This document shows positions 19,001 through 26,399 of a stretch of DNA of 42,599 nucleotides, piece by piece. The DNA comes from a virus (lineage: Duplodnaviria > Caudoviricetes). The position numbers and the translations under genes were made by a program. Below the pieces are notes generated by a model, which was not told the DNA's origin, ran no database searches, and was given only the letters and a program-made list of their open reading frames with translations. The stretch covers positions 1-42,599 of the IMG/VR virus record IMGVR_UViG_3300009605_000003, one strand, 5' to 3'. Numbering within the stretch: position 1 is the stretch's first letter; the number at the start of each line of letters is the position of its first letter.

Positions 19001-19252
19001 GAGGCTGCTGAACGCCAGAACATACGTGAAGAACTTAGACCTGATGGTAGAGGTGTTATAGCTAATTGGGAAGCTGAAGTATCTCAAACTCGTGAGAACT
19101 TGAGACTCCTCAATCCTGAGTTAGATTCTGTACTCCTATTCTGGGGTGAAGTATTAGGTGTTCTTACTCAAGAAGCCCAAGATATGTATAATGACCGTGT
19201 AAGAAGGGAGCGCCCTGGAGTTCAGACCCTTGAAGCAACTCTATTGCAATAG
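10007..19252 (+). CDS. Giant (3081 aa) polyvalent/internal virion protein with ADP-ribosyltransferase-like domains
   Basis: Between portal and scaffold; FVHGT..ILRDGL.P and GRPVIVYHGT..F..F..GAGIY...A.KY motifs. Confidence 0.8.
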   Translation: MAEPTPLEEKLAPKRLRLGREEDQPPSIPSELLIPKTIPGPIGSQSIGQIPNPLHPEPLITGGVRGRGIPKISPRAVGGGWHAPDDNLEALTEAGIQNFTASVRQAESNLPEMYKDMEVFWYTEAQRESLNLSIDDHNLREYMFNFRSTMADRQFSSFVFTSGAADFPVQSVPTNDDLLAQDETFLAGVEATNAQRVKVARANFMWQTLITMQTGWVNGEYDDIEDAINTLIGTGEDAEYIRSLISPELLEQLDSAFSSLAANVPRTFSVVDIGDKDIDDVLEDLTKPAESQVIFISNYSAKQLADMMQTRGIPELELPRGMSISDFTRYLGTQGVDKETIDGLNSSREDLTELVGLFQEQRLMSTAIQADLASAIVPALSWKEAMKLSILQPAYQAATMMEWYANSISEPSAALQVRSGLSPVTFATQGYTVGSAFGKYGRVIGAAAGFTYGMYSQFKYRGELQSAYLHARSRGDNFWEANGQAFQDWDAGFGSKILLETAGDPLLFFGFEMYGRQIAKIGSSSRAGLINPATGLVRTRDSNIAWLSSRLLATERRVNQVTDAAFILPFKAIGKIPLTPSQVAIRRAIAVANRGRKLVKKVSVTGLPDGSLPPGPLVKWFSPTIDRDTTRAVAEYSWQAMVDAKKSNVAMDDYALFGDMLRESVNRWLDAEEISRLFTPMLRKSTEGRSNIRYVPARDPQTKIGQVLTVLDENTVEITIENVTKINEILQSTIHKSGTRYSILEARAEIARILQAGNTAGEREAGRIIGRYARNIKRDALAPFRSLENPDDMFKRVFQETRDTFNRNINSDAWRYYEDLGVNQSRTTREIAKYGQRAPLTWAMWLDQAIVYPFSRAVLYFLNYGPFNVLESKIRLIMAGHPMRPPPHIRAEPAYALWLQQGDLTNSSDFLFDLDSTFHTMRQGPIAAPLSVEESHLGIPIADNVRRGIFPGITEDLDHFAAKFPIFGDKIAPKVGELPRGLMSLASLNDVSSRIATHDMIRYDYYEFARQLDILGPKMNRQLRGAIAGDVAAGFGHVDWEILEQRVGKDLTDIVKGHITGVGQRGPDMVEAIEGPIAALLDLKLSHNIDKALNEHPWMDEPFKNSIMELVRNGKLHSGNLDEMMPQFAAMLLESNHIYQAWWADQITDELVRQIKTFTPTDVKSAMAMLGQVDLILETVRTKMSNVSQAAAVRGHQIKSSTVRSGLHSNSKDVIEKMSNSLEAAIIDLREDIVAKLRVGVPGITPSRANLMLRRLDFVEQDMRNLIAADGPRVMEARRHELVFIRRTESLESANLKVEQAWNDYWAQHYRIKADMSDIDDALFLEEGGIKPEKGIREPISTELTSSDIAFMYAGRDTISSDMVSNILDKQSLTLKTKEEFIAEHMATAERQAEKRKAKAEDFGFNQGSVGKVYDDLLSSLSFQPGSGYHEPLMQAVEGVRNSLYDSLWKSKVTPEDHEIYSRVIRQVANNIRRTDITDGYWEPKITRIPNKDMDPQWDNPITSPDDIPPGFVHGTSEGNIKNILRDGLTPGSSLEPSGQDVYSTSDVIRIHYSGEVTGPDASRSFAPEFKIRSNNTTLQPSQISAIEINAQDIAVPGTDEGVRSAEEVIQDSGDFAESLGFPRDTPEVIFDQGSPSEMRRLERILDSQETAPGSGVRADGQAVAIGPEGVEAQVIKDIEASGLNIAIFRNTFDEDGISTGMELIKPGRRTQVSGTRALSDEGRPVIVYHGTYRNFEEFLPDSSSNFNFMGAGIYVAENPAVAGKYVGDMSHKWTARGNLISESPADSQVIADDLNIDLTKVADAIEHSRTAPGAPEKIRLSRSEVEDLYWVTGKSDIRQDTSVPVDLPFMTHQADVLPGERSITTLEKYLRRIDWNSVPESEDIPDEVANISIRDVHFEQDVPHGPIHVEVDFDQTVDARPQVKTARLNVQNPYKADHAIGSSEVRAVNADPVQTGVTFEASSALDEGAISTEMNMDEVFDDFKSIGLKSEFHTSRYDTKPIPETSEFGGLQLFVGEEAIEGGIEAQSRANAEVWAEILNEGADLTPGPVFITQQDVTSNSIQRVVKATPKMKHEVEAVRLHNESFTKETSAVQVPAFELDMDVRYHGRTYNLRGTMQTGPSYEGEDWSSGGALLIELHTKGQESAGVIGLVTGLPPADTGIVQALTDNDLVRIGRKAMDESPEDVKSIGFIGRSVGDLDVGMAEAGAPLVGTREFFERGRNKEEWVLEVDYEQIRGIGQPISNADGSTTRVENFDYISESEEFADGLKKEAFIPVYNVKKTFLDPVKSAESRLQHNQFMAGYDEWTSKLDFSHLDDTTRSAREQDIRSMRIELEKVYEDPNYKDFHPETDQVKSVRNINVYPNLRVLSHLIDRSWTYNLGGPSTGQSVGNVLKEILQSGDFDSIRHYGGPYGGTLKSRTGGDAEGRVWILWDGNQIQLPQDSVDKILMRRDIPNPEWTDIRERAALAAKERRTLDYPTYNNDTALNASAQSIFPYFNYEAQRWPWIMRNMLSRPGPLQAWGRYTRDSDGGYTHIPGTNLEINPLRGTVWMGGLRRLYKADYPEYADQFGFGTEFLDYISRLGFWPGIHVQLPITMFGAASTSHRPQLGEVLPPTAQTALGAITAKFPDAGFTAALNNIIFPDRFRDFKIANLLSETEFGGHDGVQIWQKRKDGIALTATEQSAWNKTARHVAIISAGLDSQFGLFRVRGREKIEALEALRQAYFVYTGISPEQQIEISSTFAATGRRLNDVVALDPMDRFVVREFLEKHMNHLQQQTAPLMPSLLGDIQSKTIEYHNQIEDIFEGARRNGFVDTDAISGAEYQSHRPIEAIELDWRAGVITSRDAISEINDVLSFAIDSVKGIGDLPRFEGVPKTRFEREQFYMEHNIPMPTWSAGQEILWEYYNLEPRLKFNPDTGTMERDFDGYFAHIDMMFELMGPEFGPRLLSRIQADWADMQVLRWGDSREFIRPYKNIRAIVQRRQPENEQAIIERFLRSEAAERQNIREELRPDGRGVIANWEAEVSQTRENLRLLNPELDSVLLFWGEVLGVLTQEAQDMYNDRVRRERPGVQTLEATLLQ

Positions 19253-19287
19253 GAATGTTATAGCATATAAATTGCATTAGATAACAA

Positions 19288-19316
19288 TTGACCCGAAACA
19301 ACCAATCTGATATACT
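19288..19316 (+). promoter_or_regulatory. Sigma70 promoter of the capsid operon
   Basis: TTGACC-17-TATACT with TG extension. Confidence 0.7.
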
Positions 19317-19336
19317 AGATATATCGAGGTAGATCT

Positions 19337-19993
19337 ATGGCCGACGACCAGAAAACAGTACCAGAATCTGACTTCCTCAGGGTAAAGTCCTTGAAGGAGT
19401 CAGCCGAATCACGTGCCAATACGGCAGAATCTCGTGTGGCTGAGTTGGAAACAACCGCCACTTCAACCAATAAAGAATTACAGGACCTCAGAAACTGGAA
19501 AGCAAGCAATCAACCAGTTGTCTTAGAGGTGGCTCAGCTCAAAACCGATCTGGCTAGCAGCAAAGAACTAGTAGGAACCTTGGAAGAGAATGTGATATCA
19601 AATATCACCAAATCTGCCAGGGAACTGGGTATCTCCGAGAGTGATCTTGAAGGTAAAACGGTTTCACAGATTGAGTTACTTATGATTGGTGCTCGTAGCA
19701 TCAAAGGTGAGTCCAGTAATGGGGATGATTCTTCTACTAGTGATAGTAATATCGACTCTGAAACCTCTGGCGACGGCGAGAGTAGAGACGAAAACCCTAA
19801 TACTAATGAAGGAATCAACTTTGCTAAGATCGGCGGCAACCCTGAAAAGTCTGCAGTAGCTCAGTCTCGGTACTTCGTTGGAGGAACCAATGGAGGGCAG
19901 GCTAATGTACCTGCCAATGACCGCGAATACGCCGGGGCTCAACGAGAGCGGTCTCTGGCCAGACAAGCTGATCGAACGGCAAATAAAGTTTAG
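19337..19993 (+). CDS. Capsid scaffolding protein
   Basis: Coiled-coil, acidic, directly upstream of the MCP; GAGGT SD. Confidence 0.7.
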   Translation: MADDQKTVPESDFLRVKSLKESAESRANTAESRVAELETTATSTNKELQDLRNWKASNQPVVLEVAQLKTDLASSKELVGTLEENVISNITKSARELGISESDLEGKTVSQIELLMIGARSIKGESSNGDDSSTSDSNIDSETSGDGESRDENPNTNEGINFAKIGGNPEKSAVAQSRYFVGGTNGGQANVPANDREYAGAQRERSLARQADRTANKV

Positions 19994-20004
19994 AGGTAAA
20001 TAAA

Positions 20005-21036
20005 TTGCCCACGGAAATTGGTCATTGGGATAACCTCGCAGAGGCCCAAAAAGCCACACAAGAAGTCCTCATCCCTGGCGTAATCGAAGAGGATATCAAA
20101 CGTGGTGGACCTATCCAGTTCCTTCCAGTCCAGCAGACCTTAGGCCTGCGGGTAGACTACCTTCGTGAGACGGCGAACCGTCCACAGGCAGCCAAGCTAG
20201 GACCTGGTGGTTCAACTGTCGCAACTTCGGCAACGACCTATGACAAGCAGCAACGAGACTTGTCTATTGCCTACATTGAGACAGACCTTGACAAGTTCAC
20301 GGCTGAGACCTATGGCGGCCTGAACAATTACGCTAACCTTCAGTTCAAAGAGAACCAGAAGGCTATGGTGGAGTTCCTGAACGATAAGTTCTTCTATGGG
20401 GACGCCACTTACGCTACTGGTGACGCTGAACCTGATGGTTTACACGCTCTAGCAGCGGCTTTCCCTACTGGTATAGGTGGTGAAACTAACGGTCTCAACA
20501 TAGAGGTTTCTGGTGCTCTGACCATAGCCTCTATGCGGAAGATTTTGCGGAACATGAAGTATGGTGCTGACGCCATCTTCGTGCCCCACATTGTTGGTGA
20601 CCACATTGACGCCTACACTCAAGAGGCTGGTCTAAGCAACGTCACCAATGGACTCTTCCCTACTACAGTAGACGCTTTCGGGCGAGAGGTACCGTCCTTC
20701 AAGGGCATACCAATCATACGGACCGACTTTCTACAGGAAGAGACCGCTGAAACTGGTGAAGGTTCTAATGCTCGGGCGAAGTCATCGGGTGCTGCTAACT
20801 GGTCCATCTTCTTCGTGAAGTTTGGTCAGGTATCCGAAATGGACCCAGGAGTTGGCCTTCTTGTTGGTGGTAATGGAATGTCTCCAGGTGAAATGTTCTC
20901 TGTTGAGGAGATCGATACACTTGAAGGCAAGATTGCTTCCAAGCAGAGGCTACACACTTTCTATGGATTTGGCGACGGCTCAATTATGAGCATTGGCCGG
21001 ATCTTTGACATTACGGACACAGCTATCACAGCTTAG
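20005..21036 (+). CDS. Major capsid protein (HK97 fold)
   Basis: 343 aa; LAEAQK..L.PGVIEE, FFYGD...PDGL and F.GIPIIRTDF motifs; TTG start with AGAGGT SD. Confidence 0.9.
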   Translation: MPTEIGHWDNLAEAQKATQEVLIPGVIEEDIKRGGPIQFLPVQQTLGLRVDYLRETANRPQAAKLGPGGSTVATSATTYDKQQRDLSIAYIETDLDKFTAETYGGLNNYANLQFKENQKAMVEFLNDKFFYGDATYATGDAEPDGLHALAAAFPTGIGGETNGLNIEVSGALTIASMRKILRNMKYGADAIFVPHIVGDHIDAYTQEAGLSNVTNGLFPTTVDAFGREVPSFKGIPIIRTDFLQEETAETGEGSNARAKSSGAANWSIFFVKFGQVSEMDPGVGLLVGGNGMSPGEMFSVEEIDTLEGKIASKQRLHTFYGFGDGSIMSIGRIFDITDTAITA

Positions 21037-21113
21037 TCCATAGCGCCGGGGTGGGCGGCTACTTCCCACCAACACTCTCAAACGCCCCTCCCTGGAGGGT
21101 TAGGAGTTAGAAC

Positions 21114-21977
21114 ATGGCAGTTACGCCATACACGATTGATAGTCCGATGGGCGGTTACCACTATGGAGTGAAGCAACTCCGTAATGGGATTACCATTGAT
21201 ATCCCTGCCACTCATCCTCAAGTATTTGACCCATCTGTCCTGGAGTCAAACTGGAACGACTTAGATGTCTATGACATTGACACCGTGCAGAAGTTCCCAC
21301 TTGGTACTGTGCTCAAACAGAACCGCCGAGTGTGGATGTATGCTAGCTTTGCCGGCACCGTCACAGTAGGTGACATGGTGGTGTCTGAGGCTGACGATGA
21401 TGGCTACGACGCACTGGCGCCTGTGGCTGCAGATGCTGGTGTTACTGAATTTGAGATATCCCCTCCAGGTTCAGGCACAGACATTACGATCAATGAGTTT
21501 GCTGGTGGTTACGTTGAGGCTCAGGCGAATGGAACTCCAGGGTACTCATATGAGATCATGGCAAACGACATTCTGGATATGAATGGTTCTCCAACCATGA
21601 CGGTAAGAATCTTTGGTAACACTGCTGTGGCACTTAGCACCAGCGATGACCTGGCTCTTATCAAGCATCCAGCCAAGGATGTGGTCATTGCTCCTACTAC
21701 ACTCCTGAGTCCAACGCTTGGTGTCTGTCTGACAGCCCAGGCTGCTGACCAGTTTGGGTGGGTTGGAGTCAAGGGTCCACACACAGTGTACTTTGAAGGT
21801 ACTGTGGTTGACGGGGCCGAAGTCCGTCACTCAGAGACTACCGCTGGCTCTGTGGCAGGTATGGACTACACAGAGTCAACCGCTGAGTCTGACTCTGGTC
21901 CAATTGGACGGTTACGAAACTACTCAGGCACTACCACATTTGGTCTCGTTGACCTCTACGGTAAGGGCATAGTATAA
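21114..21977 (+). CDS. Putative head decoration/cement protein
   Basis: Follows the MCP; QKFPLGT...R.W.Y and FGWV..GP pattern; beta-rich. Confidence 0.55.
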   Translation: MAVTPYTIDSPMGGYHYGVKQLRNGITIDIPATHPQVFDPSVLESNWNDLDVYDIDTVQKFPLGTVLKQNRRVWMYASFAGTVTVGDMVVSEADDDGYDALAPVAADAGVTEFEISPPGSGTDITINEFAGGYVEAQANGTPGYSYEIMANDILDMNGSPTMTVRIFGNTAVALSTSDDLALIKHPAKDVVIAPTTLLSPTLGVCLTAQAADQFGWVGVKGPHTVYFEGTVVDGAEVRHSETTAGSVAGMDYTESTAESDSGPIGRLRNYSGTTTFGLVDLYGKGIV

Positions 21978-22050
21978 CCATTGGGGGTATTCAGTTAGGC
22001 TGGCCCCTAAACAAATAGTCCCTCTTAGAGGGTAGCGACGAGGCAAGCGA

Positions 22051-22434
22051 ATGTCGTTGACAACTATAGGTGATGAGACTATCACTATATCAAGTGCTTC
22101 ACTAGGACTCACAGCTGGGTCTGGTGGTGATCTCATCAGGTCTGGGCAGACCTCTAGTAGTGGGGTAGCATCTAATCTCCCATCTACTACTGGTGCCCAC
22201 AGGTATAATATGCCTGGTACTCGCATGGCTAGAGTTACAGTAGTCAGTGGAGCTATGAGAACTTCTACCAATGGGACAGTAACTGCTCCCACAGACGGTG
22301 GAAACTTTCCACTCTGGTCAGCCACCGAGTCCTTTGAAATCTGGGACCTACCAGATATGTCCACCTGGCGGGCTATCCGCGAAGGTGGTGTTGACTGTGT
22401 CATCTTTGTTGAGTACGAAGGGACAGATGAATAA
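22051..22434 (+). CDS. Small structural protein
   Basis: Ser/Thr/Gly-rich beta protein in the structural operon. Confidence 0.6.
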   Translation: MSLTTIGDETITISSASLGLTAGSGGDLIRSGQTSSSGVASNLPSTTGAHRYNMPGTRMARVTVVSGAMRTSTNGTVTAPTDGGNFPLWSATESFEIWDLPDMSTWRAIREGGVDCVIFVEYEGTDE

Positions 22435-23543
22435 TGGCTATTCGTAACCTTCGTCGTACCAATGCAAACCAAGAGTATGCTGATATATTCTTGAATGGTA
22501 ATAAGCTCAAGCTGGATGTAGATGATGACACCTATATCGTTTCTGACACCAACGACGAGATTCAGTTTTTTGCTGGTGGCGTTGAGATTGCAGAGTTTGA
22601 TGCGACTGCGATAACTCTCGCCAATGGTGCTGATCTTGTTATTAGTGCTGCGGATAAGTTGTACTTCGATAATGCTGGTGATACCTACATCTGGGAAGAA
22701 TCCGGTGACGACCTGCATCTAGTTGTGGGTGGCGCGATTATGCTTCAGTTAGACCAAGAAGCCGGTATTTCTACATTCAACCCGTCGTCTGCTAATTACG
22801 ATTTTAGGGTATTGACGGATGGTGGAACCTCTGCCATCAATGTTGATGCTGCTGCAAACGCTGGAAAAGGTGAGGTCAGCCTTGGATACACGGCGAATCC
22901 TGATGGGAACAACCGGGCGTGGCTCAAGATATACCCGCCAGCCATCTCCACGGCTTCGGGCAAGGCTACCTCATGGATGAGCATCCAGCCCGACTACGCT
23001 ATGACAATGGCCGGGACTGTTCCGTTTGTCGCAACGCTCCAGTTGGAAGAACCGAACATTACAGAGCCCGACGGGTCAAATGTTGTTTCGGTAGCTGCCA
23101 CGCTCTACATAAAAGATGCGCCAACTGAGGCTCCAGCAGGTAAAAATAGTGGCATCCACATGGAAGCTGGGGCGTTCTATGTTAGTGATGGGCATGGCAC
23201 AGATGGTGAACAGCTTACCTCTGGTGGGGATGATGCTGTTTTAGACTGGGCTGCTGCCAGTTGTGTGCGGAGTTCTAAAACTGCCATCGTGGAACGGGAT
23301 AATAATGATGAAGTTCTTGCGACACTGGTGAACACGCCAGTCCACGACTTCAAATATAAAAATGACCGATCACTTTCCAGCACCGGAGACTACGACACGG
23401 ACTATGTTGGTGTCATGGCTGACGAGGCTCCGTGGGCGATGCACCACAGCGGACGCATCCTGAATCCGATCAATACATTCGGCTACACAATCCAAGCCTT
23501 CAAGGCTCTGGAGAAACGCATACAGGAATTGGAGTCTAAGTAA
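22434..23543 (+). CDS. Fibre protein with C-terminal intramolecular chaperone (peptidase S74-like)
   Basis: S..R.SK..I...P..F.YK...GVMADE.P...IQAFKALEKRIQELE pattern. Confidence 0.8.
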   Translation: MAIRNLRRTNANQEYADIFLNGNKLKLDVDDDTYIVSDTNDEIQFFAGGVEIAEFDATAITLANGADLVISAADKLYFDNAGDTYIWEESGDDLHLVVGGAIMLQLDQEAGISTFNPSSANYDFRVLTDGGTSAINVDAAANAGKGEVSLGYTANPDGNNRAWLKIYPPAISTASGKATSWMSIQPDYAMTMAGTVPFVATLQLEEPNITEPDGSNVVSVAATLYIKDAPTEAPAGKNSGIHMEAGAFYVSDGHGTDGEQLTSGGDDAVLDWAAASCVRSSKTAIVERDNNDEVLATLVNTPVHDFKYKNDRSLSSTGDYDTDYVGVMADEAPWAMHHSGRILNPINTFGYTIQAFKALEKRIQELESK

Positions 23544-23761
23544 TGGCAACTAAAGCACAGATGAAAACAGCACTTGGAATCACAGACAGTCAAGTGACTA
23601 AGGCTCTTGCATACCTTGACCGGGTATCCCCAAAGCTTGATAGCTCAGGCGATGCACGGGCAAATACTATAAACGATTTCCGTGACCATATCGTTTCACA
23701 TTACGGTGGGCAGATTAGTGGAGACTTGAAACAGCAAGCTGCTTCCCCTGCCTGGGACTAG
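23543..23761 (+). CDS. Small hypothetical protein
   Basis: TAATG coupling; GGAG SD. Confidence 0.7.
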   Translation: MATKAQMKTALGITDSQVTKALAYLDRVSPKLDSSGDARANTINDFRDHIVSHYGGQISGDLKQQAASPAWD

Positions 23762-23770
23762 GGAGAGTAT

Positions 23771-23890
23771 ATGAGTCCGGTACATACGAAAACTGAGCGA
23801 CGTAAAAAGGGCATCAAGCGTGGTGCTGGTGGCAAGATAACGAAGGCATCTCCTAGCACGAAGCGCGCGAAGCCGAAGAAGAAATACTAA
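23771..23890 (+). CDS. 39-aa Lys/Arg-rich basic peptide
   Basis: GGGAG SD; MSPVHTKTERRKKGIKRGAGGKITKASPSTKRAKPKKKY; TAATG coupling to the next gene. Confidence 0.65.
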   Translation: MSPVHTKTERRKKGIKRGAGGKITKASPSTKRAKPKKKY

Positions 23891-24069
23891 TGGACTTCAA
23901 GAATTTCACTGAAAAATTCAGACCGCAGGTGATGGCTGTAATAGCTGGAATCGTGCTTATGGCTATGGCAGCGATGCGCTGGGACGGTCTTGAAGAACTG
24001 AAGACCGCCGCCCTTGTGTTAGGTCCGATAGCGATGGCAATCATTAACAAGCAGAAGTCAGAAGACTAG
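23890..24069 (+). CDS. 59-aa two-TM membrane protein (holin-like)
   Basis: Two hydrophobic segments (VMAVIAGIVLMAMAAM; AALVLGPIAMAII) with charged termini. Confidence 0.6.
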   Translation: MDFKNFTEKFRPQVMAVIAGIVLMAMAAMRWDGLEELKTAALVLGPIAMAIINKQKSED

Positions 24070-24141
24070 CTGGCAGGAGGAATAATTACTTAGGTTGATA
24101 CCCTACCCGATGACTAAAGACCATAATCCCGAGGCAAGCAA

Positions 24142-24618
24142 ATGGGACTTCTAATCAATACAACTTTTACCGATGTTATCTCTGGGAAACCAATCACTGT
24201 ACCTAGTGATGGTGAAGATTCAGAATTAGTACCGGCTACTACGGCTACTCTACTGAGGGCTTTAGCAGAACAATTACCGAGAGACTTCACTACCCCAAAC
24301 GATGACGCTTGCTTCTCTTTTGTATTCTCTATAATGAGAAACAATCCAAATGAACTTTACTGGACTATCCCACCTAAACACTTTGAACAACTGTTTGGTG
24401 TTGATGGTGAAACCGGAATAGTTATGAGAGATGTCCCTAACATGCAGGCTTATATGCCTGGTCCAAATGGGCCAGTCCCTGTAGAGGGTCGACCTAAGGT
24501 TATTCCTCTATTGAGAGCTATGCTCTCCATGAATACTACTGGTGCTCTCGAAGCCATGCGAGGTTCTGATATAGATGAACCAGCGGGTGAACTTACCGAA
24601 ATGAACTCATCTAACTAA
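24142..24618 (+). CDS. Hypothetical protein
   Basis: GAGG SD; lies in the structural operon. Confidence 0.7.
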   Translation: MGLLINTTFTDVISGKPITVPSDGEDSELVPATTATLLRALAEQLPRDFTTPNDDACFSFVFSIMRNNPNELYWTIPPKHFEQLFGVDGETGIVMRDVPNMQAYMPGPNGPVPVEGRPKVIPLLRAMLSMNTTGALEAMRGSDIDEPAGELTEMNSSN

Positions 24619-24620
24619 TC

Positions 24621-26399
24621 ATGCTTACTCTTTCTGCTGCCCTAACTACTACTCAGAAGCTGGCTAGTCGTGAGCCTAACATAAAGGTAGTTATTACTGA
24701 GGCAGAAGCAGCTAGTCCTACTGTTGCTACCTATTATACAGGGTACCATGCTTCATCCAGGGTCCGATCTATAGAACATACTGAATCTGCTCAAGGCGGA
24801 GAGATGACCAAAATTACTCTCTTCGATGGAGATCAATCTATAGCTAGTAAGGACTGGACCGGGCGTAGGGTGGCAATCTTCTATGGTTATAATAGTACTG
24901 GTAATGGTACTGGAGCCAAATCTGAGGATTGGCATGAAAGAGCACCACTCTGGGTAATCACCCATGAGGAGATTAGAGAAGAAGGTTACCAAGATATAGT
25001 TCTAACCTGTGGAGATATCTGGTGGTATATGGCACAATATCCTTCGGGTGGGACGACAATAGGTGATGTACCAACCTACCGTGGTGACGAGATAGGTGAT
25101 TATCTTGATAATGCTTCTCCTAAGGGAGTACTTACTCATCTTGTTCCACCAGGATATAATAATGCTCTAACTAGTGCAACTATAACTGACGGTGTACCTC
25201 TAACAATAGATGATAGTGATGGATTAGTAGATTCAGCTAGCTATCAAATTGACTTTGAGTTTGAATGGGGGACTACAGCTTTTACTATAGTACAAGCTAT
25301 GTTGGCTTGGACCGAAGGCGGGCTTCGTATGAGGAAGCACGGCGATGATATGAGGTTTGAGCACCTTGATGTTGATGAGTCTGTAACCTATACCTTTGGT
25401 ACTACCCATGAAGTAGAGGCAGCTACCCGTAGGATGGGTATTGTATTTCCTAATGAGATTATAGTAACAGATGTAGCACCTATGGTGAGTGCTAGATCTG
25501 GTGCGTCTCGAACATATACCGTAACTGCTAGTGATAGTACTAGTGCTGGTAGAATAGGTAAAATAGCTCAATTGATTACTCCACCTCAAGGAACTAAAGA
25601 TTCATGGAGTAGTGCTAAAGCACAGAAGATCGCTGACGCCATATTACATCAGAACCAGCAATCCGCCTCAGTAGGCTATATGATAACTAAACCTCATATT
25701 GGATTGGAAGTCCATGACCGTATAACTATCAACTATACTAGTATATCTGGTTGGTCATTCACTGGGTTTGTAACTCAGATCAAGTGGATCTATGTAGCCA
25801 AGACAGGAACATTCCTTCAAGAGGTTCAGATTGGTGGTTCACGTACCCGACTTAGTTCTTATCTAATTGGTCAAAGTCTAATAAATCCTGCTGCGATTGC
25901 AGCGGGTATCACTGAAATACCTCCAACTAGTGGTGGTGATATCCGAGACTTCCCTGAGCCTGATCCTGAATGGCTTGCCAGACAGAGGATTGAAGAAGAA
26001 CTTGAATTAGGTCGAGGACCAGTAGTACCTTTGCCGGTAGAGGAACCTGGATTCCGTAACATAGGTGAGGATGTGGGCGCTGGTGAGATTGATGAAGCTT
26101 TTAGGAGTATACCTCAACCTCGCACGGCACCTCAAGTATTCCAGAATATTGGTGCTGCAGTAGGTGAAGGTGAATTGGAACAAGTATTCCAATTACCTGA
26201 CTTTAGTATAAAGTCTGCTACTGAGGAACGTACAGCAGAACTTAGGGAGGCTGTTCTCAATCCACCAGAGGTAAGAGATCCTGTTGGTGAAAACTTTGCT
26301 AGGCGCCTTACTGATCTGGAAGATGATACTGGACCGTCCCGACCTAGAGTTGAGGGAGAAGCATTCCGCAGAGAAAATGGATGGGAGGAGAATCCATAA
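24621..26399 (+). CDS. Putative tail/baseplate hub protein with acidic Pro-rich C-terminus
   Basis: MLTLSAAL...Q start and beta-rich core; precedes the tailspike. Confidence 0.55.
   Translation: MLTLSAALTTTQKLASREPNIKVVITEAEAASPTVATYYTGYHASSRVRSIEHTESAQGGEMTKITLFDGDQSIASKDWTGRRVAIFYGYNSTGNGTGAKSEDWHERAPLWVITHEEIREEGYQDIVLTCGDIWWYMAQYPSGGTTIGDVPTYRGDEIGDYLDNASPKGVLTHLVPPGYNNALTSATITDGVPLTIDDSDGLVDSASYQIDFEFEWGTTAFTIVQAMLAWTEGGLRMRKHGDDMRFEHLDVDESVTYTFGTTHEVEAATRRMGIVFPNEIIVTDVAPMVSARSGASRTYTVTASDSTSAGRIGKIAQLITPPQGTKDSWSSAKAQKIADAILHQNQQSASVGYMITKPHIGLEVHDRITINYTSISGWSFTGFVTQIKWIYVAKTGTFLQEVQIGGSRTRLSSYLIGQSLINPAAIAAGITEIPPTSGGDIRDFPEPDPEWLARQRIEEELELGRGPVVPLPVEEPGFRNIGEDVGAGEIDEAFRSIPQPRTAPQVFQNIGAAVGEGELEQVFQLPDFSIKSATEERTAELREAVLNPPEVRDPVGENFARRLTDLEDDTGPSRPRVEGEAFRRENGWEENP

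Noticed and set aside
10138-19087. Numerous antisense and alternative-frame ORFs within the giant gene (also 21924-22718 and similar)
   Set aside because: Ser/Ile-rich shadow frames of long coding sequence, without SD or motifs
21050-21100. Hairpins after the MCP gene (and at 21983-22033) as terminators
   Set aside because: Stems are present but lack a U-tract, so they are possibly stability elements and were not called
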